A DNA stretch of 32,000 nucleotides from Caulobacteraceae bacterium (GCA_965234525.1 OZ248515.1:1124032-1156031); one strand, 5' to 3'. Shown: positions 20,483 to 29,870, counted from the stretch's first letter. Notes: generated from the letters alone by a model not told the origin. Translations and numbers: made by a program.

Positions 20483-21799
20483 ATGGCAGAAGCCACCAAA
20501 CCTCAAAAGGTGTTTTCGGGCCAAACCTTAGCCCAAAAGCTACTGGCGCGGGCATCAGGTCGCGACGATGTGGCCCCAGGTGATATCGTCATCGTCAACG
20601 TCGACCTTGCTATGGCCCATGATTCAAGCGGACCCCGGCGGTGGAAGCCACACCTAGACGCCCTTGGCGCAACCTTGTGGGATCCTTCCCGCGTGGTGAT
20701 TGTGTCAGACCATTATGTGCCTGCGGTCGATGCGGAGAGTGCGGCGATTCTGAAGCTGACGCGCACGTTTGCCAAGGAGCAGAATGTTGGTCATTTCTTT
20801 GATATGGAAGGGATTTGCCACGCCCTTCTTCCACAGAAGGGCCTTTTGAGACCGGGCATTTTTGTCGCCGGTGGCGACAGTCACACCCCCCATGCCGGTG
20901 CCTTTGGATGCTATGCCGCAGGCTTCGGCGCTACCGACATGCTGGGCATTGTGGTTACCGGAAAAACCTGGACAATCGTTCCTGAAACAATTCGAGTTGA
21001 ATTAACGGGCAGCTTTAAGCACCATGTTTCGGCTAAAGACGTCATGTTGCTTCTCTGTCGCGAGCTTGGAATGGATAATGCGTTCAAGGCCATCGAATAT
21101 GGTGGTCCAGGTGTGGCTGGGATGTCGATGGAAGAACGCATGGTTTTGTCCAATATGGCCGCAGAACTCGGTGGCGAAGTTGGTCTGATCGCGGCGGACA
21201 GTGTGACGCTAGATCATATTCGCGCCCATGGCGGAGAAACGTCGGAAGGTGATTTGGCCTGGCAACCCGATCCAGATGCAAATTACGAGCGGATTGTTAC
21301 GATCAACCTTAGCGATCTTGAGCCGCAAATTGCCGCACCCCATTCACCCGCCAACAGCTTTCCGATTAGCCACGCGGCCGGCGTGCCAATCGATCAGGCC
21401 TATATCGGTGCTTGTGTTGGCGCAAAGTTAGAAGATTTGCACATGGCAGCCCAAATCCTAAAGGGCCAGCGCATTGCCGAAGGTGTGCGCCTTTTGGTTG
21501 CGCCAGCAAGTTCGCAAGTCACAGCCGATGCGGCTGCCGACGGGACCTTGTCGATCTTACTGGCTGCTGGGGCGACTCTCTTGCCATCGGGTTGTGGCGC
21601 GTGCGCAGGTATGGGGGCAGGCTTATTGGCAGCAGGTGAAACGTGCATCTCCACGACCAATCGCAATTTCAAAGGCCGGATGGGACATTCGGAGGCCTTG
21701 GTCTTTTTAGGGTCACCCTACACGGTTGCGGCCAGCGCAATCGCTGGCTGCGTTAGTGATCCCCGCTTGCATGCGGCGGATCTAGCGGGGGCGGCATGA
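20483..21799 (+). CDS. Aconitase/3-isopropylmalate dehydratase large-subunit family hydro-lyase (substrate unknown)
   Basis: VNVDLAMAHDSSG, GIFVAGGDSHTPHAGAFGCYAAGFGATDM, LPSGCGACAGMGAGLLAAGETCISTTNRNFKGRMG. First ATG consistent with homology at 20483; the ORF extends upstream to 20357. Confidence 0.9.
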   Translation: MAEATKPQKVFSGQTLAQKLLARASGRDDVAPGDIVIVNVDLAMAHDSSGPRRWKPHLDALGATLWDPSRVVIVSDHYVPAVDAESAAILKLTRTFAKEQNVGHFFDMEGICHALLPQKGLLRPGIFVAGGDSHTPHAGAFGCYAAGFGATDMLGIVVTGKTWTIVPETIRVELTGSFKHHVSAKDVMLLLCRELGMDNAFKAIEYGGPGVAGMSMEERMVLSNMAAELGGEVGLIAADSVTLDHIRAHGGETSEGDLAWQPDPDANYERIVTINLSDLEPQIAAPHSPANSFPISHAAGVPIDQAYIGACVGAKLEDLHMAAQILKGQRIAEGVRLLVAPASSQVTADAAADGTLSILLAAGATLLPSGCGACAGMGAGLLAAGETCISTTNRNFKGRMGHSEALVFLGSPYTVAASAIAGCVSDPRLHAADLAGAA

Positions 21800-22305
21800 C
21801 GGGAACAGCTCAGATTGGCCGCGCCTTCGTTTTTGGCGACAATATCGATACTGACCTTCTGGCACCAGGTCATCTTATGAAGCTGTCGGCGGAGGATTTG
21901 GCACAGCACTGCCTTGAAGCCATCGCGCCGGATTTCGCGAAGTCTGTTCAACTCGGTGATTTTGTTGTGGCCGGCAAGAATTTCGGCTTAGGCTCCTCAC
22001 GCGAGCAAGCCGCTGTAAGTCTGCGACTATTGGGAGTTGGCGGCGTAATTGCACCCAGCTTTGCGCGAATTTTCTACCGAAATGCCCTAAACTTGGGCCT
22101 TCCGGCTTTGTTCTGTGAGCGTGCCGATCAGATTGTCCAGGGTGACCTGTTGATGGTCGACCCGGTCTTGGGCAAGATCACGAATAAGACGCGTGGTGAG
22201 ACTTTAGTGTGTAAGCCTATACCAGACCATTTAATGGCCATGGTTCGGGCCGGGGGCCTGATCGCAAACCTAAAGACAAACGCGGCACATAGGGATCGAG
22301 CATGA
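21796..22305 (+). CDS. LeuD-like small subunit of aconitase-family hydro-lyase
   Basis: GRAFVFGDNIDTDLLAPG, VVAGKNFGLGSSREQAAVSLRLLGVGGVIAPSFARIFYRNALNLGLP; start overlaps the large-subunit stop (ATGA). Confidence 0.9.
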   Translation: MTGTAQIGRAFVFGDNIDTDLLAPGHLMKLSAEDLAQHCLEAIAPDFAKSVQLGDFVVAGKNFGLGSSREQAAVSLRLLGVGGVIAPSFARIFYRNALNLGLPALFCERADQIVQGDLLMVDPVLGKITNKTRGETLVCKPIPDHLMAMVRAGGLIANLKTNAAHRDRA

Positions 22306-23186
22306 CACAGTTTTCTCTGCACGAGCGGCTCGGCCAAAAAAAAGCCCTGTTGGCACCTGGGGCCTATGATGCGTTGAGTGCACTTTTGGTCGAACAAGCA
22401 GGCTTTGAAGCCATTTATATGTCCGGCGCATCGATCTCGTACACGCAATTGGGTCGGCCCGACATTGGATTGGTATCGTCCACGCAAGTCGCAGACATTA
22501 TTGGGCGCGTGCGGGACCGTGTGAAAATTCCCCTTATCGTGGATGCGGATACTGGGTTTGGCAACGCCTTGAACGTTCAGCACACCATACGTTTATTCGA
22601 ACGGATGGGTGCCAATGCTTTGCAATTGGAAGATCAAACGGCACCCAAGCGCTGTGGTCATTTGGCTGGAAAGGAATTGGTTTCAACCAGCGAAATGGTC
22701 GGGAAAATCAAGGCCGCGGTGGATGCCCGCTCGACCGAACAAACCCTGATCATCGCCCGCACGGATGCCATCGCTGTGGAAGGGTTCGAGCCTGCGCTAG
22801 AGCGGGCAGAACACTATCGACAGGCCGGAGCGGACATCCTTTTTGTTGAAGCGCCGCAGGCGATTGATCAAATGCAGGCCATTTGCCAAGCGTTCCCAGA
22901 TACGCCACTTTTGGCCAATATGGTTGAAGGGGGAAGAACACCGCTTCTTACCGCGGATCAATTATCCGACATGGGGTATCGCTTGGTGATTGCGCCAGGC
23001 TCTATGGTGCGAGTCCACGCCTTTATCGCACAGCAGTTTCTCCAATCCTTGAAAGCCAATGGCACAACCGCTCTATTCCGTGATCGGATGTTGGACTTCA
23101 AACAAATCAACGAATTACTAGGATTGCCGGACTTAATGGATCAGGGCGCGCATTATGAAATGCGCGGGCAAGAAGCGGCGGAATAA
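22302..23186 (+). CDS. Isocitrate lyase/PEP mutase family protein (2-methylisocitrate / 2,3-dimethylmalate lyase-like)
   Basis: PGAYDALSALLVEQAGFEAIYMSG, LIVDADTGFGNALNVQHTIRLFE, EDQTAPKRCGHLAGKELV, IIARTDAIAVEG; start overlaps the small-subunit stop (ATGA). Confidence 0.9.
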   Translation: MTQFSLHERLGQKKALLAPGAYDALSALLVEQAGFEAIYMSGASISYTQLGRPDIGLVSSTQVADIIGRVRDRVKIPLIVDADTGFGNALNVQHTIRLFERMGANALQLEDQTAPKRCGHLAGKELVSTSEMVGKIKAAVDARSTEQTLIIARTDAIAVEGFEPALERAEHYRQAGADILFVEAPQAIDQMQAICQAFPDTPLLANMVEGGRTPLLTADQLSDMGYRLVIAPGSMVRVHAFIAQQFLQSLKANGTTALFRDRMLDFKQINELLGLPDLMDQGAHYEMRGQEAAE

Positions 23187-23255
23187 AACCCAGATCTGTA
23201 AGGCTTTCTTCACTGCGCTTCATTACACTTTTGTCTCTATGTTGCCAGATTCTGG

Positions 23256-24083
23256 GTGCATGTGGATTGCATGGTGATTAAGCGCGGCCACGTCAGTGAA
23301 AAGCATCTGGGAACAGATGTCTGGGCTCAACCGTGGTTGAGTCGGCTTTCCTGCGTCTTCATAGCCTTTGGATTGTTGCTTGGCGGAATGGCAACCGCGC
23401 AAACGCAAAAGCGCGCCAGCGACCTTACCCTGAATGATATGTTCACCAGCCCCAATGCCGCGGCCTCGCAGGCGGTCTCCTTCAGTGCCGGGCCGAACAA
23501 CATCCGCTTTGTGCTGGACCGTTCCCAGCCACGCGTCGTTTTATTGCGATTTGACGGCGATCCAGAGGTCTGGGCACTGACCTCGCAATGGGGCCCCCGA
23601 GGCGATGAATTTCTACGCAATGATATCGGCGAAGTCATTGTTCGGATCACGACATTAGGCGGCGTGACCATTTATGGCCCGCTCGGGACCAATGGAGGCC
23701 TTGCTGCAAGCGAAGGCAAAGCTAAAACCCTATCAGCACCTGCGCGAAGCGAAGCTACCTTACAGGCGACCCTAGAAAAGGCACTGCGATGGTTTGATAA
23801 ATTTTCTAACCGTAGCATTCGGGTGGAAGCAGCCGGTGCTTTGCCTCCTGCTTTAGTCTACGAGGCCCTTGAGCGCGCCGCACAAGGCATGTCGCGCGCG
23901 CCTCGTGGCTATTTTGGTCGTCCCGAGCGCCGTGTTAAACTTATTCGTGTCCAGCGCAGCTTTGATCGGCCCAGTGTGCGTTGGCAATCGGGCGTTTTGA
24001 CCATTGGTGTTGTGCCTGGTGCTGGCTATGCCGGAAGACCGTCCAGTGCCGCTGTCCTATTGGCGCTTACGAAGAGCAGTTAG
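23256..24083 (+). CDS. Exported hypothetical protein (possibly DUF4908-like)
   Basis: N-terminal hydrophobic export signal ending ...MATAQTQ. Intact 275 aa ORF; family assignment from memory only. Confidence 0.6.
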   Translation: MHVDCMVIKRGHVSEKHLGTDVWAQPWLSRLSCVFIAFGLLLGGMATAQTQKRASDLTLNDMFTSPNAAASQAVSFSAGPNNIRFVLDRSQPRVVLLRFDGDPEVWALTSQWGPRGDEFLRNDIGEVIVRITTLGGVTIYGPLGTNGGLAASEGKAKTLSAPARSEATLQATLEKALRWFDKFSNRSIRVEAAGALPPALVYEALERAAQGMSRAPRGYFGRPERRVKLIRVQRSFDRPSVRWQSGVLTIGVVPGAGYAGRPSSAAVLLALTKSS

Positions 24084-24199
24084 AGCAGCTTCGCTCATGC
24101 TCTAACGAGGTCTTGGCGCGCAACTTTGATCCATTCGGATCAAAACGCACTTAACTTGCGCGACAGTGTGTCGCGATTGCCGGAACACTGCGTCCGGCA
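24079..24199. repeat. Cluster of at least four perfect inverted repeats filling a short intergenic region
   Basis: GTTAGAGCA/TGCTCTAAC (24079-24106); CGCGCAA/TTGCGCG (24117-24162) enclosing TTTGATCC-ATTC-GGATCAAA (24125-24144); CGACA-gtg-TGTCG (24161-24173); TGCCGGA/TCCGGCA (24178-24199). Confidence 0.7.
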
Positions 24200-24211
24200 T
24201 ATATCAGGTCC

Positions 24212-24418
24212 ATGACCTTAGAACCCCTTAATATTGCAATTTTCGTCGCCATGGCCGCGGTCTTAACTGTCCTCGTTGCAGGTATCGCAAATTTGGCCAT
24301 CACGGGCGACAAGGCACGGTCGCGATCTAACCAGTTGATGCGTTTGCGGGTTCTGGTCCAGTTTATTGCGGTTATCCTGTTGATGATTGGCTTTTGGCTT
24401 AAAACGCGCGCGGGATGA
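24212..24418 (+). CDS. Small twin-transmembrane (HIG1-like) protein
   Basis: 68 aa with two hydrophobic helices and a conserved-looking NQLMRLRVLVQFIAVILL stretch. Confidence 0.75.
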   Translation: MTLEPLNIAIFVAMAAVLTVLVAGIANLAITGDKARSRSNQLMRLRVLVQFIAVILLMIGFWLKTRAG

Positions 24419-25083
24419 CGAAGAGAAGCTTTGCAAACAAAATTGCCTTAGTTACCGGCGGTGGGGGGCAGTTTGGCCGCGTGATGTGCCAAGCCCTCGC
24501 CAAACGTGGATGCAAGTTGATCGTGGGAGATTGTGATCTTACCGCCGCGCGCGATACTGCAGCCAAGACAGAAGGCTTAGCTTTGGGCTTAGATGTTACG
24601 GATGCAGCCATGTGGACCAACGCGGCATCCTCCGCAAGGGATCTTTTTGGCCCACTCGACTATGTGTTCCACTGCGCCCAGCACCGCGCTGAGGGCACCG
24701 ATGCCGAAAGTATGGCACGATTATGGGCGACCCAAGTCTCGTCTTTAGAAATCGCTTATCGGAATTGCCGGTCCGATCTAGGATCAACAGGCGGAGTGCA
24801 TGTTATCTTCGTATCAGGGGCGGCTTGGCAGCCAGATCCGGCCCGACCTCTCTGGTCGGCTGCAGAGGCTGCCAAACGGCAGTGGCATAAGGCCCATCAG
24901 CTTGGATCGCGCTCAGGGCAAAGCGCGCTGATTGCCTATGACGTTCCCCCCCGGGCCTCACGCAAGACCGCGGATGATGAGATTGCCGCTGCGACACTTT
25001 GGGCTTTATCTCGCGACGAGAAGCAGGCGTTTGTTCCTGGCGGCTTTGGAGTCGCCGGCTTTTGCCGGAAATCAGCTCAATAA
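24415..25083 (+). CDS. SDR-fold protein with apparently degenerate catalytic residues
   Basis: N-terminal Rossmann motif ALVTGGGGQFGRVMC. The YxxxK position reads W147xxxE151 (PLWSAAEAAK). Start overlaps the preceding stop (ATGA). Confidence 0.8.
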   Translation: MTKRSFANKIALVTGGGGQFGRVMCQALAKRGCKLIVGDCDLTAARDTAAKTEGLALGLDVTDAAMWTNAASSARDLFGPLDYVFHCAQHRAEGTDAESMARLWATQVSSLEIAYRNCRSDLGSTGGVHVIFVSGAAWQPDPARPLWSAAEAAKRQWHKAHQLGSRSGQSALIAYDVPPRASRKTADDEIAAATLWALSRDEKQAFVPGGFGVAGFCRKSAQ

Positions 25084-25093
25084 AGGCTGAGCC

Positions 25094-25537
25094 TTACGCT
25101 GGCATGCCTTCGCAGCGCAGATATTTTTCGGGCATTGCACCATCCCAGGAGATACTGGCGGTATCGTCACCGGTTTGTTCAATTATCAAGCTGAATGTAA
25201 CGCCAACGCCATTTTTGCCTTTAACCTCGTAGCCTTTTTCAATTGGCTCTACAGTCAAAACCTTATGTCGCTCGATCCCCGACGGCCGAATGCTGTCCAG
25301 CCAATAGCCCGTCTCTTCGTCCATCAGGACATAGCCTTGGTTCATCCGCTGTGGATTACAAGCAAGTGGTCCGGGATCACCGGGCTGGCCCAAGAAGGCA
25401 GCATTGGTATCCTTACCGGCAAATAAAAATTCACGGTCATCCGCCGAAATTTTGCCAAGCGGATCAGCTGGTGCGCAGGCTATTGCGAACACGCCCGCCG
25501 CCAGAACACTTAGAATCAGAGTATAGCGCATCGCCAA
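25094..25537 (-). CDS. Hypothetical lipoprotein
   Basis: Signal peptide with lipobox-like AGVFAIACAP, 147 aa ORF. Confidence 0.6.
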   Translation of the reverse strand: MAMRYTLILSVLAAGVFAIACAPADPLGKISADDREFLFAGKDTNAAFLGQPGDPGPLACNPQRMNQGYVLMDEETGYWLDSIRPSGIERHKVLTVEPIEKGYEVKGKNGVGVTFSLIIEQTGDDTASISWDGAMPEKYLRCEGMPA

Positions 25538-25603
25538 AACCCCTTTGAGAACGCGGCTGGCACGATCCAGCTGCGTCCAAAGTCGATCACACAGCGGTTA
25601 ATC

Positions 25604-26899
25604 TTATGTGTTCATACTCTGGAAAAAGTCATCATTATTTTTAGTTTGTTTGAGCTTATCGAGCAAGAATTCCATCGCATCCATGGTGCCCATGGGGTTT
25701 AGGATCCGCCGCAGCATGTACATTTTGGGCAGATGCTCTTTGGGCACCAATAGCTCTTCTTTGCGGGTACCCGATTTAATGATGTCGATGGCTGGGAAGA
25801 CACGCTTATCTGAGACCTTACGGTCCAGAATGATTTCAGAGTTACCCGTGCCTTTGAACTCTTCGAAGATGACTTCATCCATGCGCGAGCCGGTTTCAAT
25901 CAGAGCGGTCGCGATAATCGTCAAAGAGCCGCCCTCTTCCAGATTACGGGCGGCACCAAAGAAGCGCTTGGGACGTTGCAACGCGTTAGCATCCACACCA
26001 CCGGTTAGAACCTTACCAGAAGAAGGCACAACGGTATTGTATGCGCGGCCCAGACGTGTGATCGAATCGAGCAGGATGACAACATCGCGACCATGTTCGG
26101 CCAAGCGCTTTGCCTTTTCGATAACCATTTCAGCCACTTGCACGTGGCGCGTGGCTGGCTCGTCGAAGGTTGACGATACCACTTCGCCCTTTACCGATCG
26201 CTTCATGTCGGTGACTTCTTCAGGGCGTTCGTCGATCAACAATACGATCAGATAGACTTCTGGGTGATTGATCTCGATCGATTTGGCGACGTTTTGTAGA
26301 ATAACCGTTTTACCGGTGCGTGGCGGTGCCACGATCAAGGCCCGTTGGCCTTTACCGATTGGTGCCACGATATCAATCACGCGCCCGGTGCGATCTTTTC
26401 GCGTTGGATCTTGGATTTCAAGATGCAAGCGCTCATCGGGGTAGAGCGGGGTCAAGTTATCGAAATTGACCTTATGGCGGGCTTGCTCAGGATCGGTAAA
26501 GTTGATTGTGTCAACTTTCGATAAAGCGAAATAGCGCTCGCCATCTTTTGGCGCTTTTACTGGCCCTTCGACGGTGTCGCCTGTACGTAGGCCGTGACGA
26601 CGAATTTGCTGCGGTGAGACATAAATGTCGTCTGGTCCAGGCAGATAGTTCGATTCAGGTGAGCGCAGGAAGCCAAAACCATCTGGCAATACTTCTAACA
26701 CGCCGCCGCCGCCGATTTCGGAGCCGCGCTCTGCTTGTGCCTTCAAAATAGCAAACAAAAGATCTTGGGTGCGCAGATTGGAAGCGCCGTCAATTTCTAG
26801 GGATTCCGCCAGGACCACCAATTCTGTAGGGGTACGGGTCTTTAATTCTTGTAGCGTGGACCGGCGTGGTGGCGCGTCGATCGACAATTCCTCTGACAT
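25604..26899 (-). CDS. rho: Transcription termination factor Rho
   Basis: [10 protein letters not shown]-type RNA-binding domain, [59 protein letters not shown]. Confidence 0.98.
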   Translation of the reverse strand: MSEELSIDAPPRRSTLQELKTRTPTELVVLAESLEIDGASNLRTQDLLFAILKAQAERGSEIGGGGVLEVLPDGFGFLRSPESNYLPGPDDIYVSPQQIRRHGLRTGDTVEGPVKAPKDGERYFALSKVDTINFTDPEQARHKVNFDNLTPLYPDERLHLEIQDPTRKDRTGRVIDIVAPIGKGQRALIVAPPRTGKTVILQNVAKSIEINHPEVYLIVLLIDERPEEVTDMKRSVKGEVVSSTFDEPATRHVQVAEMVIEKAKRLAEHGRDVVILLDSITRLGRAYNTVVPSSGKVLTGGVDANALQRPKRFFGAARNLEEGGSLTIIATALIETGSRMDEVIFEEFKGTGNSEIILDRKVSDKRVFPAIDIIKSGTRKEELLVPKEHLPKMYMLRRILNPMGTMDAMEFLLDKLKQTKNNDDFFQSMNT

Positions 26900-27037
26900 G
26901 TCAGGGCCTCAAAATATCTTTGGTGAAAGCCGTCTTTGCAAGGACTGCAGCGGCTATAAGGAGGTGCCAAACCGAGTGAAGGCTTTGGCAACGAGCGATC
27001 ACATGACGATTAACGCTGGCGCGGTCAAGGTGTGTTG

Positions 27038-27493
27038 TCAAGAAAAAGGCTCTAAGACAACCATAAACACAGCGACAATCATCAAAACAAACGGCAATTC
27101 GTTTAGAAAGCGGAAGGCCACGTGGTTCAACGGACGCTCACCCCGCTCAAACGCTTTGCGCCAGCGCAGATAGAGATGATCTACCGCCGTAATAAGGATG
27201 ACCATGGCCAATTTAATCTGCATCCAAGGCTGGGCCAGTAAATCCAAACCACCTCGTCCGAGCAGCAAACTTAGGCCTAAGATCCACACCACAATCATGG
27301 CAGGGACCATAATGCCGCGATGTAGACGCCGCTCCATGATGATCAATTGTTGGTCCAGCTCACCCCCAAGGGGAGCCAAAGAATGATAGACAAACAAGCG
27401 TGGCAGATACATCAGACCAGCCATCCATGCGATCACCGCAATTAAATGAAGGGCTCTAAAGACTTCATAATGGCTGGCGATCCACCCACTCAT
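27038..27493 (-). CDS. hemJ: Protoporphyrinogen oxidase HemJ
   Basis: HLIAVIAWMAGLMYLPRLFVYH, MIVVWILGLSLLL, QLAMVILITAVDHLYLRWRKAF. ATG at 27493 overlaps the hemH stop (ATGA); the ORF extends to 27535. Confidence 0.9.
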   Translation of the reverse strand: MSGWIASHYEVFRALHLIAVIAWMAGLMYLPRLFVYHSLAPLGGELDQQLIIMERRLHRGIMVPAMIVVWILGLSLLLGRGGLDLLAQPWMQIKLAMVILITAVDHLYLRWRKAFERGERPLNHVAFRFLNELPFVLMIVAVFMVVLEPFS

Positions 27494-28536
27494 GCAGCGC
27501 ATCCACCAAATTCTGCCCGCGGGCAAGAAGGACAAGCGACGACGCAGCCTGTCGTGCGTGCCGCGAGTATTGGGTCAGTGCCTTCCAACAAATCGGTCGC
27601 TAGGCGGGCAAGCTCGTCGATGAACCTCGCGCGCGTACCAAGAGCGGGGGCGCGCAAATAAAGTGGCACACCGACTTCGTGCGCAACTTCATAATATTCT
27701 TCATCCAATTCAACCAAGGTCTCAATATGTTCGGAGACAAAAGCGATCGGAACTACGATTACAGGTATATTGTCCGCGCCAGCGCGTTCAATCTCGGTTT
27801 CCGTGGCTGGGCCAATCCATTTTACGGGACCAACGCGAGATTGATAACAGATCGCATGCTCAAAATGATCAGGAAGCAGAGGCCGTAATGCTGCAACCGT
27901 CTCTTCTACTTGCTTTTGGTATGGATCGCCGTCGAGGATAATTTTTTCAGGCAGTCCATGTGCAGACCACAAAACCCGAACGCGCTCAGGCGAACCACCG
28001 GCTTGCCATGTTTCCATTACTGCTTCGGCATGGGCCTCAATAAAGCCTGGCGCATCAGGATAGCAGCAAATCAGCTTTGCAGGGCCACCGCCTGCCTTCT
28101 TCCAAGCCTGCAACGAGGAATCAGTCGTGGTGGTCGAAAACTGCGGATAGAGCGGCAGAAGCACCGTTTCATCAGGCTTAAATGCACGAACTTGGGCAAT
28201 TGCATCTTTTACAAATGGCTTCCAATAGCGCATGGCAAGGAAGGTTTTAACTTCGGCATTCTCATAGCCAGGACGAGCTTTAACCGCCCGCTCTAAGGCT
28301 TCCGCTTGAGCTAATGTTTCTGGAACCAGTGGCGAGCCACCACCCATCTTCGCATAGTTAGCCCGAGCTGATTTTGCGCGCAGCGTTGAAATCAATCTGG
28401 CCAATATCCAACGCACCGGTGTCGGGACGCGGATGATTGCCGGATCAGAAAACAAATTCTTCAAAAAAGGGCGCACGGAATCTGGCCCGTCCGGACCCCC
28501 AAGATTGAACAGCACAATCGCTATTTTCTGTCCCAT
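27490..28536 (-). CDS. hemH: Ferrochelatase
   Basis: IAIVLFNLGGPDGPDSVRPFLKNLFSDP, LLPLYPQFSTTTTDSS, FSAHGLPEKII-like and ESVETLxE-like segments (LWSAHGLPEKII, FVSEHIETLVELDEEY). Confidence 0.96.
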   Translation of the reverse strand: MGQKIAIVLFNLGGPDGPDSVRPFLKNLFSDPAIIRVPTPVRWILARLISTLRAKSARANYAKMGGGSPLVPETLAQAEALERAVKARPGYENAEVKTFLAMRYWKPFVKDAIAQVRAFKPDETVLLPLYPQFSTTTTDSSLQAWKKAGGGPAKLICCYPDAPGFIEAHAEAVMETWQAGGSPERVRVLWSAHGLPEKIILDGDPYQKQVEETVAALRPLLPDHFEHAICYQSRVGPVKWIGPATETEIERAGADNIPVIVVPIAFVSEHIETLVELDEEYYEVAHEVGVPLYLRAPALGTRARFIDELARLATDLLEGTDPILAARTTGCVVACPSCPRAEFGGCAA

Positions 28537-28577
28537 CGAGATTCCAATAACCTTTTTCTTGATTTGCAGACGTTTAT

Positions 28578-29624
28578 CTAGGTCAAACCCTTCACACGCC
28601 GCATCACATATTCGACATTGGCGATCGGCGTTGCTGGCACCACACCATGTCCAAGGTTGAAGATATGTGGTCCCGTGGCCGCTACGGCAAGAATAGCATC
28701 GACAGCTTGCTCAAGCGCGGGTCCACCTGCCATCAAAGCCATGGGATCAAGATTGCCTTGTAAACAAACCTTTGGGCCCAACGCAGTCCGCGCTGCGCCT
28801 AAATCTGCAGCAATATCGAGGCCGACTCCTTGGACAGTCGTTTCAGCAAAGAATTGACCAACCCGATGACCTGCCCCTCGCGGAAAACCAATAATAGGAA
28901 CATTGGGATAGACCGCGCGTACCACATCTACGACCTGCTTGATTGGCTTGGTTACGAGACGCGCGAACAGGTGACCGGGAATATCTTCAGCCCAAGATTC
29001 AAAAATCTGTAGCGCATTTGCACCCGCTTTAACCTGAGCAATTAGATGTTGGCCAATCGCCTCAGCCAGAATTTCTAAGAGATCGTCGACTAATTCTGGG
29101 TTCTGATACGCAAAAGCACGAGCAAGATCACGCTCACCGCCGCGGCCCTGAATCATATAGGTCGCCAAGGTCCAAGGAGCACCAGCGAAGCCTATTAGAG
29201 CACGGTCCTCGTCCATGGCGGCCCGAACCCGCTCTAGAGCCTCATAGACCGGCGCTAAACGTGTTTCGAGACGGGACATATCTAGTTTTGCGATATCTGC
29301 CGCGCCCTCCAACGGGGTCAATAGCGGGCCTTCGCCTTCGGCAAAGCGCACATCTCGGCCCAATGCATGGGGCACCACCAGAATATCGGAGAAGATAATC
29401 GCGGCATCGACCGGATATCTGCGGACTGGTTGCAACGTTGCTTCGGCCGCAGCTGCTGGCGCATAGCAAAAATCAAGGAAGCTCTTATTCTTCGCGCGAA
29501 GTTCACGATATTCCGGCAAATGGCGGCCCGCTTGGCGCATCAGCCAGATCGGTGGATGTGCTTGTTGTTCACCTAGGAGGGTGCGAACCAATGCGCTGTT
29601 GTGACCCTTTGCTCCCTCACCCAT
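28578..29624 (-). CDS. hemE: Uroporphyrinogen decarboxylase
   Basis: PPIWLMRQAGRHLPEYRELR, GFAGAPWTLATYMIQG, VKAGANALQIFESWAEDI, HIFNLGHGVVPATP. Confidence 0.98.
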   Translation of the reverse strand: MGEGAKGHNSALVRTLLGEQQAHPPIWLMRQAGRHLPEYRELRAKNKSFLDFCYAPAAAAEATLQPVRRYPVDAAIIFSDILVVPHALGRDVRFAEGEGPLLTPLEGAADIAKLDMSRLETRLAPVYEALERVRAAMDEDRALIGFAGAPWTLATYMIQGRGGERDLARAFAYQNPELVDDLLEILAEAIGQHLIAQVKAGANALQIFESWAEDIPGHLFARLVTKPIKQVVDVVRAVYPNVPIIGFPRGAGHRVGQFFAETTVQGVGLDIAADLGAARTALGPKVCLQGNLDPMALMAGGPALEQAVDAILAVAATGPHIFNLGHGVVPATPIANVEYVMRRVKGLT

Positions 29625-29680
29625 GGCGGGCTCCCCTTCCCTTATATATTTTAGATTCTTGAATCAGTAGATAGTAGTAC

Positions 29681-29689
29681 GGTGGATAG
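29681..29689 (-). promoter_or_regulatory. DnaA-box-like site, 2 mismatches
   Basis: GGTGGATAG on the + strand = CTATCCACC, core TATCCAC intact. Confidence 0.4.
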
Positions 29690-29760
29690 ACTGATCCTTG
29701 GAAGTCACCTGCATGACCTAACGGGATTTCTCAAGCTGTTTATCAGCTTTTGCCCCTGTT

Positions 29761-29769
29761 TTTTCCACA
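29761..29769 (+). promoter_or_regulatory. DnaA box
   Basis: TTTTCCACA, exact match to TTWTNCACA. Confidence 0.7.
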
Positions 29770-29828
29770 GCGCATCCGATATGAAAAGTACCGAAAATCA
29801 TGCGATTGCTCTAGATAGCATTAAAGAT

Positions 29829-29837
29829 TTACCCACA
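29829..29837 (+). promoter_or_regulatory. DnaA-box-like site, 1 mismatch
   Basis: TTACCCACA versus TTATCCACA. Confidence 0.5.
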
Positions 29838-29850
29838 TTGGGGATGCTTG

Positions 29851-29863
29851 TATCAATAGCTTA
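29851..29863 (+). promoter_or_regulatory. IHF binding site
   Basis: TATCAATAGCTTA, exact match to WATCAANNNNTTR. Confidence 0.6.
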
Positions 29864-29870
29864 CCAGCCT

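Noticed and set aside
23187-23280. Long-range ACCCAGA/TCTGGGT inverted repeat after the lyase gene
   Set aside because: The loop is about 50 nt, the stem is only 7 bp and there is no U-tract. Too weak to call a terminator.
25608-26255. 215-aa plus-strand ORF antisense to rho
   Set aside because: Codon-structure shadow of the highly conserved rho gene. No independent support.
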